A stretch of DNA of 64,000 bases from a virus, in the IMG/VR virus record IMGVR_UViG_3300050343_000190, positions 22,212 to 86,211 of that record. One strand, 5' to 3'. This document shows, piece by piece, positions 35,335-44,635 of the stretch. The translations under genes were made by a program, and so were the position numbers. The first letter of the stretch is position 1; each line of letters begins with the position of its first letter. A model generated the notes under the pieces. The model had not been told where the DNA came from and ran no database searches. It was given only the letters and a program-made list of their open reading frames with translations.

Positions 35335-36301
35335 GGATCTGGTTGTAGAGCACCGTAAGGTTAACACACAGCTCAGTTCAATGTTCATACGCGAGTTTTG
35401 ACTCTGCCTGTTTGGGATAAGGCATCTGGAGTTGTCTACGATCTCTTGGTCGGTCATGAAGTTGGACATGCCCTATTTACTCCTGATGTAGATTGGAGTA
35501 TTGATTATAAAATTTCACCTAGTGTTGTAAATATCGTAGAAGATGTCCGTATTGACACAGAAAGAAGTCAATTATCTTGTTAAAGAGTTTGAGTGTAAGA
35601 AAGCAGCAGACTCTTATGCCCGTGCTACCACAGCACGTACAGGTGTCTTAGATACAACTAAACTGCATACCTACAAATACAACGAAGATCTATTTCAAAG
35701 AAAGTCACAACTCTTGCTGATGGTAAAAGTCATGGACTAGTCTTTATCCTTGATTGGTCTGGTTCTATGAGCCGTGTTTTAAAGTTCTGGATACTTGCAA
35801 GCAATGTTCAATCTTGTCTGGTTCTGTAAGAAAGTTGGTATTCCTTTTGATGTTTATGCTTTCACTAATGAATGGCAGCGTTGGAAGGGATTGCTTAGAG
35901 ATCGTAAACTAGGACGTACATATGCTTTTAGTGGAAAGTATACTGCCTTCACTAAGACTATGTTGACTCATCTGAAAGAGAGTTTTCCTAATACCAATTT
36001 TATTGGTATTCGTGTTCTTGATGGTCGTGATGTTAATTACTTTATTAATAACAATTCTAATAATGAACTTGAGATTAAAAAAGCAAGAGAGTCATATAGA
36101 AAGAATAAGTCGTTCTCCCTTAAAGATTCTGGTTATGATGCATATTTTGGTATTGCTTCCAGTGCTCTATCTGCGGATACTGATTTTGAAGTTAAGGAAG
36201 ATGCTACAAAAACTCAAATTAAGAGTGCATTTATCAAATCTCTTCGTGGTAAAAAAACAAACAAGAAAGTTCTTAGTGAGTTCATTTCTTTAGTTGCATA
36301 A
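35282..36301 (+). CDS. HEXXH metallopeptidase / vWA (CobT-like) protein, internally deleted and frameshifted
   Basis: LAKLLATEDL.VEH, GHEVGHALFT, NIVEDVRI, MIDAS ILDWSGSM, C-terminal NKKVLSEFISLVA. Confidence 0.8.
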
Positions 36302-36326
36302 ATATATAAAAAAGTTGTCCTTAAAA

Positions 36327-36852
36327 TGATATCTTTCGACGACATCAAAGCAGAACTAGTTGAGAAGAGAGATGGTAAGTAGAAGAAACTATCCTAGAAA
36401 AGGATATGCTAGATAAGCAAGGTAATGATAAGTTCGATCGTCATAAGCGTATGATTCGTCATAAGCAGGATAAGCATGGTCGTGCTTCTGTAATGGATAA
36501 AATTAAGACTGGTAAAGATTATAAGGAAGAAACCGTAATCGAAAAAGCAGGAGAGAAGGATGCCTGCTATCATAAGGTCAAGTCTCGTTATTCTGTATGG
36601 CCTTCTGCATATGCATCAGGTGCTTTAGTTAAGTGTCGTAAGAAAGGTGCTGCTAACTGGGGCAATAAAACCAAGAAAGAAGAATTTGAATTCTCTAATT
36701 GGAGAGACGAGTTTAAGGCAACTGAGTTTGAATTTATTGATCTAATCAAACCAAAACCTCTTGCTGAAAAGTGCTGGAAAGGTTATACTAAAAAAGGTAT
36801 GAAAACAATGTTCGGAAAGAGGTATCCAAATTGTGTGAAGAAAAAGAATTGA
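36327..36852 (+). CDS. Lys/Glu-rich modular hypothetical protein (5' end uncertain)
   Basis: KDACYHKVKSRYSVWPSAYASGALVKCRK, FSNWRDE and CWKGY modules. Confidence 0.6.
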
Positions 36853-36986
36853 ATTGGAAAAAAATTGCAAAGGAATCTGAAAAAGATCCTAAGGTAATTG
36901 ATATTCTTGAGAATGGACCAAAATCTCTTTCTCAAGCGTACTTACTTCAGGCAATGCGATATAAATATGGACGGTCTGGAAACTGA
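36849..36986 (+). CDS. Small hypothetical protein
   Basis: NWKKIAKESEKDPKVIDILENGPKSLSQAYLLQAMRYKY read manually. Confidence 0.45.
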   Translation: MNWKKIAKESEKDPKVIDILENGPKSLSQAYLLQAMRYKYGRSGN

Positions 36987-36989
36987 CCA

Positions 36990-37025
36990 CTAGGGGGTTT
37001 ACCGACCCTCTTTTTCGTATATAAT
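36990..37025 (+). promoter_or_regulatory. Hairpin plus sigma70-like early promoter upstream of cobS
   Basis: AGGGGGT-ttaccg-ACCCTCT stem with T run, overlapping TTTACC-N16-TATAAT. Confidence 0.45.
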
Positions 37026-37047
37026 AACTTCAGTTCAAACAAACCAA

Positions 37048-38160
37048 ATGTCCCTCTCACCTGAGTTCATTCGCACTTCCCTTCAGGGTTGTATGGTGAG
37101 TCTGTTGCTGCTGCTGATATTCGTGCCTGGTGTGCTATGAATGGTGCGAACTATCAAACTGTCACCAACAAACTGACTGATTACAAAACTAGTCGTGGAA
37201 AGTGGAACTTGACCGTAACAAGAAAAACTAGAGCAAACCTATCAGGCACCTCCTGCAATGCCTGCTGTTGAGCAAAACCTTATTCCTGCAAAAGATGATA
37301 CCTTCGTCAGCTTTGGTAACTTCGCTGATATTAAAAAGATTATTAAGTCCGGTCTGTTCTATCCAACGTTCATTACGGGTCTTTCGGGTAATGGTAAAAC
37401 GTTCTCTGTGGAACAAGCATGTGCTCAAACAAAACGTGAACTCATCCGTGTAAACATCACAATCGAAACAGATGAAGATGATCTTATTGGCGGTTTCCGT
37501 CTTGTTAATGGTGAAACCGTCTGGCACAATGGCCCAGTCACTGAAGCACTCCAACGTGGAGCAATCTTGCTCCTTGACGAAATCGACCTTGCCTCAAACA
37601 AAATCCTTTGTCTCCAGTCTATTCTCGAAGGAAAAGGAGTTTTCCTCAAGAAGATTGGCAAATACATTACGCCCGCAGAAGGTTTCAACGTATTCGCAAC
37701 CGCCAATACTAAAGGTAAAGGATCCGAGGACGGACGATTTATTGGAACTAACGTGCTCAACGAAGCATTCCTTGAACGATTCCCTGTAACCTTTGAGCAG
37801 TCCTATCCTGCCTCTGTAATAGAGCAGAAGATCCTTATGGCACTCTGTAGTGATACAGACTTCTGTAAGCGTCTCTGTTGATTGGGCAGACATCATCCGC
37901 AAGACATTCTATGATGGTGGTATTGAAGAGATTATCCACGTCGCATATCATTCGTGCTGGTTCATATTCGTTCGATGAGACCAAGCAGCATACGCTGAGT
38001 ATCTTCTGAGGAATGATAAGGCAAAGGCAATTCAAGTATGTGTGAAAATCGTTTTGATGATGAACCAAGCAAGCATTCTTTTCTGGAACTGTACGATGTA
38101 ACGGAGTTGACGACACTATTAACTTAAATATGGATGATAAAATTGATTTAAATCTTGATC
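37048..38160 (+). CDS. cobS: CobS-like MoxR-type AAA+ ATPase, frameshifted; 3' end garbled
   Basis: GLSGNGKT Walker A, ETDEDDLIGGFRL, LLLDEIDL Walker B, ATANTKGKG, NEAFLERF. Confidence 0.9.
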
Positions 38161-38410
38161 GTACTTATCTCAAACCTATAACGCACATTACACATCTCCT
38201 GATTCCAAGACTCAAACTCTTGATCTGATTGAAAGTATTGGAGATGCAGAACCATTCTGTCGTTCTAATGCTATCAAATATCTTTCACGTTTTGGTAAGA
38301 AGGGTGGTAAGTCTAAACAAGACATTTTAAAAGCAATTCACTATTGCGTCCTCCTCTATCACTTCTCTGGAATCCACGATCAACCTAAAGGTAATTATGA
38401 AACTTTCTGA
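38130..38410 (+). CDS. DUF3310-like protein (5' part damaged)
   Basis: HY...QTLDLIESIGDAEPFCRSNAIKYLSRFGKK..DILKAIHY. Confidence 0.7.
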
Positions 38411-38664
38411 AAAAACTCTTTCTCTCCTCAAGAACTTCGGTAGCATCAATCAATCTATTCTTTTCAAAGAAGGAAACAAACTTCGCACTATTAGCGTGAT
38501 GAAGAATATTCTTGCAGAGGCAGAGATTGCAGAAGACATCCCTCAGGATTTTGGTATCTATGACTTGAACCAATTCTTGAATGGACTTTCTCTTCACCAG
38601 AGTCCAGAACTAGATTTTGAAAACCACGGATACGTTGTTATCCGTGAGGGTAAGATGCGTTATA
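38397..38664 (+). CDS. gp45: Sliding clamp, N-terminal ~90 aa only (rest missing in this sequence)
   Basis: MKLSEKTLSLLKNFGSINQSI...KNILAEA...FGIYDLNQFL; runs directly into speD. Confidence 0.85.
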
Positions 38665-39000
38665 ATGAAACATATTCTTTTTACTTTGAAAGGTTGTCCT
38701 TTTGATTTACTTGATGATAAAGAGTTCATACGAATGGTTTTGTTTAGAGCATCAAAAGAATGTAAGTCAACATTGCTTGATTTGACAGTACATAAGTTTG
38801 ATCCTCAAGGTGTGACTGGAATTGCTATGCTTGCTGAGAGTCATCTCAGTATCCATACTTGGCCAGAGAATGGTATGGCAGTTTGTGATGTCTTTACTTG
38901 TGGGGATACCGCTATGCCTGAAAATGGTGTAGAATATATGAAAGAACAATTGAAGGCAACTGATATTGTGTCAAATGAATTTGTTCGTCCTTTGGAATGA
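38665..39000 (+). CDS. speD: S-adenosylmethionine decarboxylase proenzyme
   Basis: HKFDPQGVTGIAMLAESHLSIHTWPE (ESH autocleavage site), DVFTCG. Confidence 0.93.
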   Translation: MKHILFTLKGCPFDLLDDKEFIRMVLFRASKECKSTLLDLTVHKFDPQGVTGIAMLAESHLSIHTWPENGMAVCDVFTCGDTAMPENGVEYMKEQLKATDIVSNEFVRPLE

Positions 39001-39002
39001 CT

Positions 39003-39945
39003 ATGCGTTGATGAATTTCTCTGGGTTGAAAAATATCGACCCAAAACTATTGATGAATGTATTTTACCACCAATATTAAGAAGACTTTTCAAGACTTCCT
39101 AGATAAGGGTGAGATACCAAATATGCTCCTTGCAGGTCCTGCTGGGTGTGGAAAGACTACGGTAGCAAAAGCACTCTGCAATGAACTAGGAGTAGATTTT
39201 TATGTCATCAACGGATCCGATGAAGGACGATTCCTTGATACCGTCAGAAATACTGCGAAGAATTTCGCTTCGACCGTCTCGCTTTCTTCAACTGCAAAAC
39301 ACAAAGTCATCATCATTGATGAGGCAGATAACACAACCAATGATGTACAACTCCTCCTACGGGCGTTTATTGAGGAGTTTAGTGGCAACTGCAGATTCAT
39401 CTTTACCTGCAACTTCAAAAACAAAATTCTCGAACCACTTCATTCCCGCACAACGGTCGTTGAATTTTCCATTAAGGGAAAAGAACGACAGGGACTTGCA
39501 GCCTCATTCTTCAAACGTATCCAAGAAATCTTGGATACAGAAGGTGTTAAATATGATAACAAGGTCCTGGTAGAACTTATTAATAAGCACTTTCCAGATT
39601 GGAGACGTGTTCTTAATGAGTGTCAAAGATATTCTTAAGTGGTACTATTGACTCAGGTATTCTTGCAACTTTTAGTGATGTAAAAGTAAATGACTTGGTT
39701 AAAAACTTAAGGAAAAAGATTTTCCCGAAGTACGTAAATGGGTTGTCAATAACCTGGACAATGATACTTCTGTCCTACTGCGTCGTATTTACGATGCTTG
39801 TTATGATTCCTTGGTTCCGAATAGTATTCCTGCTGCTGTGCTTACTCTTGCTAAGTATCAGTATCAAATGGCATTTGTTGCGGATCAGGAAATAAATATG
39901 CTTGCATGTTTGACTGAAATTATGGTGGAGTGTGAATTCAAATGA
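39003..39945 (+). CDS. gp44: Clamp loader large subunit, frameshifted
   Basis: LWVEKYRPKTI, GPAGCGKTT, IIDEAD, CRFIFTCN, FVADQEINMLACLTEIM. Confidence 0.95.
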
Positions 39946-40145
39946 TGGTAGTATTCCCAAATCAAAATCAAACTGTAGGATTTGCTCCCTGGGCTTTGGT
40001 ACCAGATAAATCTAATCCAGAGCTCAATGTAAATCGTCAGCATATTGTGTATATTACAGATGTTGATCCTGGAGTAAAAGGAAAGTACAATGAAATCTAT
40101 GGAAGCAAACTGGTCACTCCAGAAGAAAAGAAACTCATTATCTGA
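39942..40145 (+). CDS. Hypothetical protein (possibly 5' truncated)
   Basis: GFAPW...YNEIYGSKLVTPEEKKLII, typical gene after gp44. Confidence 0.55.
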   Translation: MMVVFPNQNQTVGFAPWALVPDKSNPELNVNRQHIVYITDVDPGVKGKYNEIYGSKLVTPEEKKLII

Positions 40146-40146
40146 T

Positions 40147-40332
40147 ATGTCTAAAAAAGAAAAGAAAGAAAAGAAAAAACTAAAGCATCAGGTCAAATCA
40201 AGGTTCTACTATATTTTCTGGGGAACTGCTACTGCTGCAGTAGTTCTTGGACAAGTTTATGTTGGAACTGGATATAGAGAAATGGTAAGAGGAATTAATG
40301 CACTTACTTATGCTTTAGCAAGGTCAGTATAA
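40147..40332 (+). CDS. Small membrane protein
   Basis: HQVKSRFYYIFWGTATAAVVLGQVYVGTGYR. Confidence 0.55.
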   Translation: MSKKEKKEKKKLKHQVKSRFYYIFWGTATAAVVLGQVYVGTGYREMVRGINALTYALARSV

Positions 40333-40550
40333 TGAGTTTATTCTCTAAACCTACCGAAGAAAATTTAACTAATCCTGTAGTAAAAACTACTTCCGAAAAC
40401 GTAAAGGAATCGCATGAAGCATTGTTTTATGCTACAATGAATTTACCAGAAGCGGCTGCTCACTGTGGTATGACTCAGAAGGAAATGAAAATGACTTTCT
40501 GGGAGTACTTAAAATATAATGAACCAAACTATGAATGTGACGAACGATGA
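40332..40550 (+). CDS. Small HTH-like hypothetical protein
   Basis: MNLPEAAAHCGMTQKEMKMTFWEY. Confidence 0.55.
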   Translation: MSLFSKPTEENLTNPVVKTTSENVKESHEALFYATMNLPEAAAHCGMTQKEMKMTFWEYLKYNEPNYECDER

Positions 40551-41647
40551 TGCTGTATGGGCAGCAAATGAGTTTATAAACTACTTCTCCAATATGGGGA
40601 ATATTGAAGATTATCTCAGGTTCGTAAAGAAAGAAGTAATCAATTCATCAAGTTCTATTTTTTCATTACATGATGACTTCTTCAATGAAGACATTCATCC
40701 TGAAGAGATGGAATTTGATATCAAATTTGTGGGGGAAAGATTTCAACAATCTATTCCTCAAGATCATTATGGAAATTTGCTGAGAGCAGTTTCTTCTCAT
40801 AACAATGAAAGTAATATACCTGGAAGAGAACTACGTTGGGTAGTTTTTGAAAAGAGGACACAAACTGTTCTTGGATTTATTAGGTTTGGTTCTCCTACTA
40901 TTAATTCTAGACCAAGAAATATATGGTTGGGAAAGGCACCTGATCTGAGGATCTTTAATCGTCATGCTGCGATGGGATTTGTGATCGTTCCTTCTCAACC
41001 ATTTGGATATAACTACCTTGGAGGGAAACTCCTTGCGCTCTTGTGCTGCTCTCACTTCGCCCGTGAGACGCTTAATGAGGTCTTTGAGAAGGACATTGCT
41101 CTCTTTGAAACAACGTCTCTCTACGGGTCTACTACAGATGCCTCACAGTACGATGGACTCAAACCGTTCATGCGATTCAGGGGTTTGACTGAAAGTAAGT
41201 TCTTACCTCTTCTTCATGATGAGGTATTTCATCGTCTTCACGATCGTTTTACTATCCTCAATAATAATACTCCCTTGACTGATAGTAAGGGCTTCTTCTA
41301 AGAAACTAAAACGTCAGACGAAGATGATTTCTATTATTCGCAATTCACTTGAGGATACTGAAAAACTGAATGAGTTTAATTCTGTGATTAATATTGCTTT
41401 TAATCTAACTCAAAAGAAGAGATTTTATATTTCTAATTATGGATATGAAAATGTGCGTGAAGTTATTTGTGGTGAACAAGAAACTCTAGTTCGCGGTCCT
41501 AACTGGGAAAAGTTTCACCTTGAGAATATTATTTCTTGGTGGAAGAAGAAATCAACCAAGAGATATGAAAAACTAAAAAGGGAAGGAAGGTTCAGAACAA
41601 AAGTTGAACTATGGACAGATGATGACGACATTCAGATTATCCGATGA
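40519..41647 (+). CDS. DUF4338/DruA-like (Mom/GNAT-related) protein; one frameshift near 41290
   Basis: IPGRELRW...LGFIRFGSP, VPSQPFGYNYLGGKLLA, FETTSLYG..SQYDGL motifs; an extra G in a GGG run joins ORFs 40519-41301 and 41324-41647. Confidence 0.75.
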
Positions 41648-41787
41648 CTTGTGAAGTAACTTTGTTCAAGGCTGGAAAAGTCTTTAAAGAAACTGTGATA
41701 GCACGGGACTATCAAGATGCTAAGGAAGTTGCCTTAGCAAGAAATCCTGGAGCAACAATTGTTAGTGTAACTGCTGTATTTAAATAA
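41644..41787 (+). CDS. Small conserved hypothetical protein (47 aa)
   Basis: MTCEVTLFKAGKVFKETVIARDYQDAKEVALARNPGATIVSVTAVFK read manually. Confidence 0.65.
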   Translation: MTCEVTLFKAGKVFKETVIARDYQDAKEVALARNPGATIVSVTAVFK

Positions 41788-42165
41788 TGGAACTCAAAGA
41801 CTCTCAACTCCATCAACTTCAATAAAAATGATCTGGTCAAAGAAGATCCAGAGAGTATCAAAAAGTATCCGCCGTTCATTGTAAATAAATGTCTTGCTGG
41901 ACACATTGATTGTATTATGTTTGCTAATGAGATGAACAAGAATCATCAGTTAGACAAGGATATGCAATATTCATTTTATCTAAATAGTTTGAGGAAAAAA
42001 AAGAGATTCTCTCCTTGGCTCCGTAAGGATAAAATAGATGATTTAGAATGTGTTAAAAAATACTATGGTTATAGTACTGAAAAAGCATTACAAGCATTAA
42101 AGATTTTATCTAGTGAACAAATTAAATTTATTAAACAACGACTTGAAACTGGCGGTAGAAAATGA
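41787..42165 (+). CDS. gp62: Clamp loader small subunit (indel near start)
   Basis: MELKD.LNSIN..K, YPPFIVNKCL, MFANEMN, RKKKRFSPW, VKKYYGYS.EKA. Confidence 0.92.
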
Positions 42166-42593
42166 CTAATCAAACTGTTGAACCACAAGTAAATTGGTCT
42201 CCTGATATGATGGTTGAGGTAGTGCTCAATGAACCAGATGACTTTTTAAAGGTACGTGAAACACTAACTCGTATTGGAGTTGCATCTAGAAAGGAGAAAA
42301 AACTTTATCAAAGTTGCCATATTTTGCATAAGCAAGGTAAGTATTACATTACACACTTTAAGGAATTGTTTGCACTTGACGGAAAACATGCTAACCTTAC
42401 TGTAAATGATGTGCAGCGTAGGAATCGCATCGCAAGACTTCTTTCTGATTGGGGATTAGTATCCATCGTCTCTGAAGATGATGTTTCTGATATTGCACCT
42501 CTCAATCAAATTAAGGTTCTTTCATTCCGAGATAAGGGTGAATGGATTCTTGAAACTAAGTACAGCATCGGTAGTAAAAAGAAACCTAATTGA
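42162..42593 (+). CDS. regA: Translational repressor RegA
   Basis: EPDDFLKVRETLTRIGVAS, LYQSCHILHKQG.YYI.HFKELFALDG. Confidence 0.97.
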   Translation: MTNQTVEPQVNWSPDMMVEVVLNEPDDFLKVRETLTRIGVASRKEKKLYQSCHILHKQGKYYITHFKELFALDGKHANLTVNDVQRRNRIARLLSDWGLVSIVSEDDVSDIAPLNQIKVLSFRDKGEWILETKYSIGSKKKPN

Positions 42594-42594
42594 A

Positions 42595-43077
42595 ATGAAG
42601 TCTGTTGAACGTCATCGTTATAAAGACAAAGAAATATTTCAAACTAGAACACTAACATATAATCCTTATTCCATGACTGAGATCGAATCGGTCATGGAAT
42701 ATATTTCTAGTAATCTAACGCCAGAATTGGTTACTAAAAAATATCGTGCAGAGAATGCAACTAATCCAATGTTTGGGCATTGTTATCACTCTTCACAGGC
42801 TCTTTTTTATCTGATGGACACGAATGTCCTTGAGCAGAGAACTGCAATCGATTATCATGATGAAGCACATTGGTGGTTAGTTGATACTACTAATGAAAAA
42901 ATTTATGATATCACCGATGATCAATACTACCAGGTTGGTCAGACTCCACCATATCCTGGAAAGAAAAAACCATGGTATGGGTGGAAGCAGCGTCCACACC
43001 AGAGAACCCTCGATCTGATGGTTTTGGTTCTTGGAGACAGATTGGCTCTTGACGAAACCGTCACCTACTCTGTATAA
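42595..43077 (+). CDS. YunG-like protein with predicted Cys-His-Asp (transglutaminase/papain-like) triad
   Basis: NPMFGHCYHSSQAL...HWWLVD...IYDITDDQY. Confidence 0.55.
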   Translation: MKSVERHRYKDKEIFQTRTLTYNPYSMTEIESVMEYISSNLTPELVTKKYRAENATNPMFGHCYHSSQALFYLMDTNVLEQRTAIDYHDEAHWWLVDTTNEKIYDITDDQYYQVGQTPPYPGKKKPWYGWKQRPHQRTLDLMVLVLGDRLALDETVTYSV

Positions 43078-43078
43078 T
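43049..43078 (+). promoter_or_regulatory. Sigma70-type early promoter
   Basis: TTGACG-N18-TATAAT upstream of the 43154 ORF. Confidence 0.65.
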
Positions 43079-43153
43079 AGATGAGTAAACGATGAGACAA
43101 GTGCCCCTGGCAAACGAAGTTCTCATCATTATGCCCTTGGCAAACTAAAACAA

Positions 43154-44011
43154 ATGACTATTTTGACGCTTAACAACGTTAAGCAAGTTTTCAACACTCA
43201 GGTTGATTTGAGTGTTTATGAACAGAAGTGGAATCCTGATGATCCTGCTGTTCAAGCATACATGCATCAAAAGTATGGTGTAAGTTTGATTAAGTTTATT
43301 TGGCTTGATCTCAGCACCAAAAATGAAGATGATGATGAATTTACCAACATCGGAGTTCGTGACGAACAGAATACGGGGACTGCTGTAGATGATATGGAAA
43401 ATTCCATCCGTGTGGAAGGATGGTTGACTGATTATTTCCCTGGTATTGTATTCTCCGATCACAAACTTAAAGAAGCACGAACTCGTGCTTTGACTCTAAT
43501 GCGACTTGGTGCTCGATACATGCCGGTTGCACTCTGCTCTCCACTTATTGATGGTAAGCGTGGAGAACTTAATACTGGTATTCTTGGCAATTACCATCCT
43601 GTTCAACGTCGTGTTGTCCAAGAAGACTTTATTGTTGCTGGTTGCACCGGTATTGATCATGATGTTCTGGACCGCAATAAGACTGATATTGAGCGTTGGT
43701 TGTATGACGAACTAAATATCGAAAAAATTTATCCAGCAAACGCTGGTGGATCTATCACCAAGATCATCAACGCAATCTATGCTCGTTCTGAGGGAGACAC
43801 TGCGAAGATTGTTCGTAAGAAGTCCCGTGAAGATTGGATGGAATGGCTTTCTACCTCTTCTGATATGAAGGACGAAACGGGAAATCGTATTGACCCTTAC
43901 ATTCAGTTGGATAGCGATCCTGATTTTGCTCTTTACAAACCAGTAAATAACCCCGAGACCTTTCGTGCGGTCTCTACGAAAGTCGGAAACCCTTATAAAG
44001 AGGTTCGGTAA
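43154..44011 (+). CDS. Hypothetical protein, possible ParB/Srx-like domain
   Basis: 285 aa; SIRVEGW....PGIV......EARTRALTL weakly resembles the ParB N-terminal core. Confidence 0.55.
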   Translation: MTILTLNNVKQVFNTQVDLSVYEQKWNPDDPAVQAYMHQKYGVSLIKFIWLDLSTKNEDDDEFTNIGVRDEQNTGTAVDDMENSIRVEGWLTDYFPGIVFSDHKLKEARTRALTLMRLGARYMPVALCSPLIDGKRGELNTGILGNYHPVQRRVVQEDFIVAGCTGIDHDVLDRNKTDIERWLYDELNIEKIYPANAGGSITKIINAIYARSEGDTAKIVRKKSREDWMEWLSTSSDMKDETGNRIDPYIQLDSDPDFALYKPVNNPETFRAVSTKVGNPYKEVR

Positions 44012-44030
44012 ATACCGTTCCTCTTTTTTT
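43998..44030 (+). terminator. Rho-independent terminator
   Basis: AAGAGG-tt-CGGT-aaat-ACCG-tt-CCTCTT followed by a T run. Confidence 0.75.
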
Positions 44031-44040
44031 GTTTATATGT

Positions 44041-44106
44041 TATAAATATATCGGATGCCTTCGGGGTCCACAAAACACAAACTCGCTTTTAAAGGAGCTA
44101 AGAATC
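44041..44106 (+). promoter_or_regulatory. Late promoter and structured hsp20 leader (ROSE-like)
   Basis: TATAAATA at 44041, cUUCGg hairpin 44053-44069, UCGCU able to pair with the AAGGAG SD. Confidence 0.6.
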
Positions 44107-44545
44107 ATGGGAAACCTTGCACGGTATACTGCTGCAGATCTGCCTGCGTTGATGGAACGCATAAATAGGAATAGTATTGGAATGGATGAATATTTCGATA
44201 GGTTGTTCGACCTTCATGAAACAACAAAGAATTATCCACCATTTAATCTAGTAACGAGGTCAGTAACGTAGAATCGAAACTAGAACTTGCACTTAGCAGG
44301 ATTTAAAAAGAAAGAAGTAAATGTCTACACACAAGACGGAAAACTCTTTGTCGAAGGACAAAAAGAGGACACCGAGTCAGAAAAAGAGTATGTCCATAGA
44401 GGAATGGCTCAACGATCTTTCACCAGATCTTGGACACTGGCAGAGGATACGGAAGTTAGATCAGTTGAATTTGAGGATGGGTTACTAACTATTGTTCTTG
44501 GTAGGATTGTTCCAGATCATCATCAAAAAAAGTATGGTTTTGATA
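44107..44545 (+). CDS. hsp20: Small heat shock protein, frameshifted
   Basis: NSIGMDEYFDRLF, NYPPFNL, LAGF, YVHRGMAQRSFTRSWTL, FEDGLLTI.L.RIVP. Confidence 0.93.
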
Positions 44546-44635
44546 CCCTAACTAATTTTTGATGCGGTTGATACAGAAGTGTATCACCATGATACACTAA
44601 TATCTAAATAATTATGTACTTACGGAGGACGACTT

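Noticed and set aside
37048-38160. cobS as evidence of cobalamin synthesis
   Set aside because: It is a near-core MoxR-type AAA+ ATPase paired with a vWA protein in marine T4-like phages; no other cob genes are present
40519-41647. Complete Druantia defence system
   Set aside because: Only the DruA-like gene is present; no DruE helicase or other partners nearby
43081-43150. Hammerhead ribozyme
   Set aside because: Has GATGAG and CGAA but lacks the CUGANGA and GAAA core with the required three-stem arrangement
44580-44596. Canonical NtcA box
   Set aside because: Spacing is GTA-N9-TAC rather than N8; retained only as an unassigned palindrome
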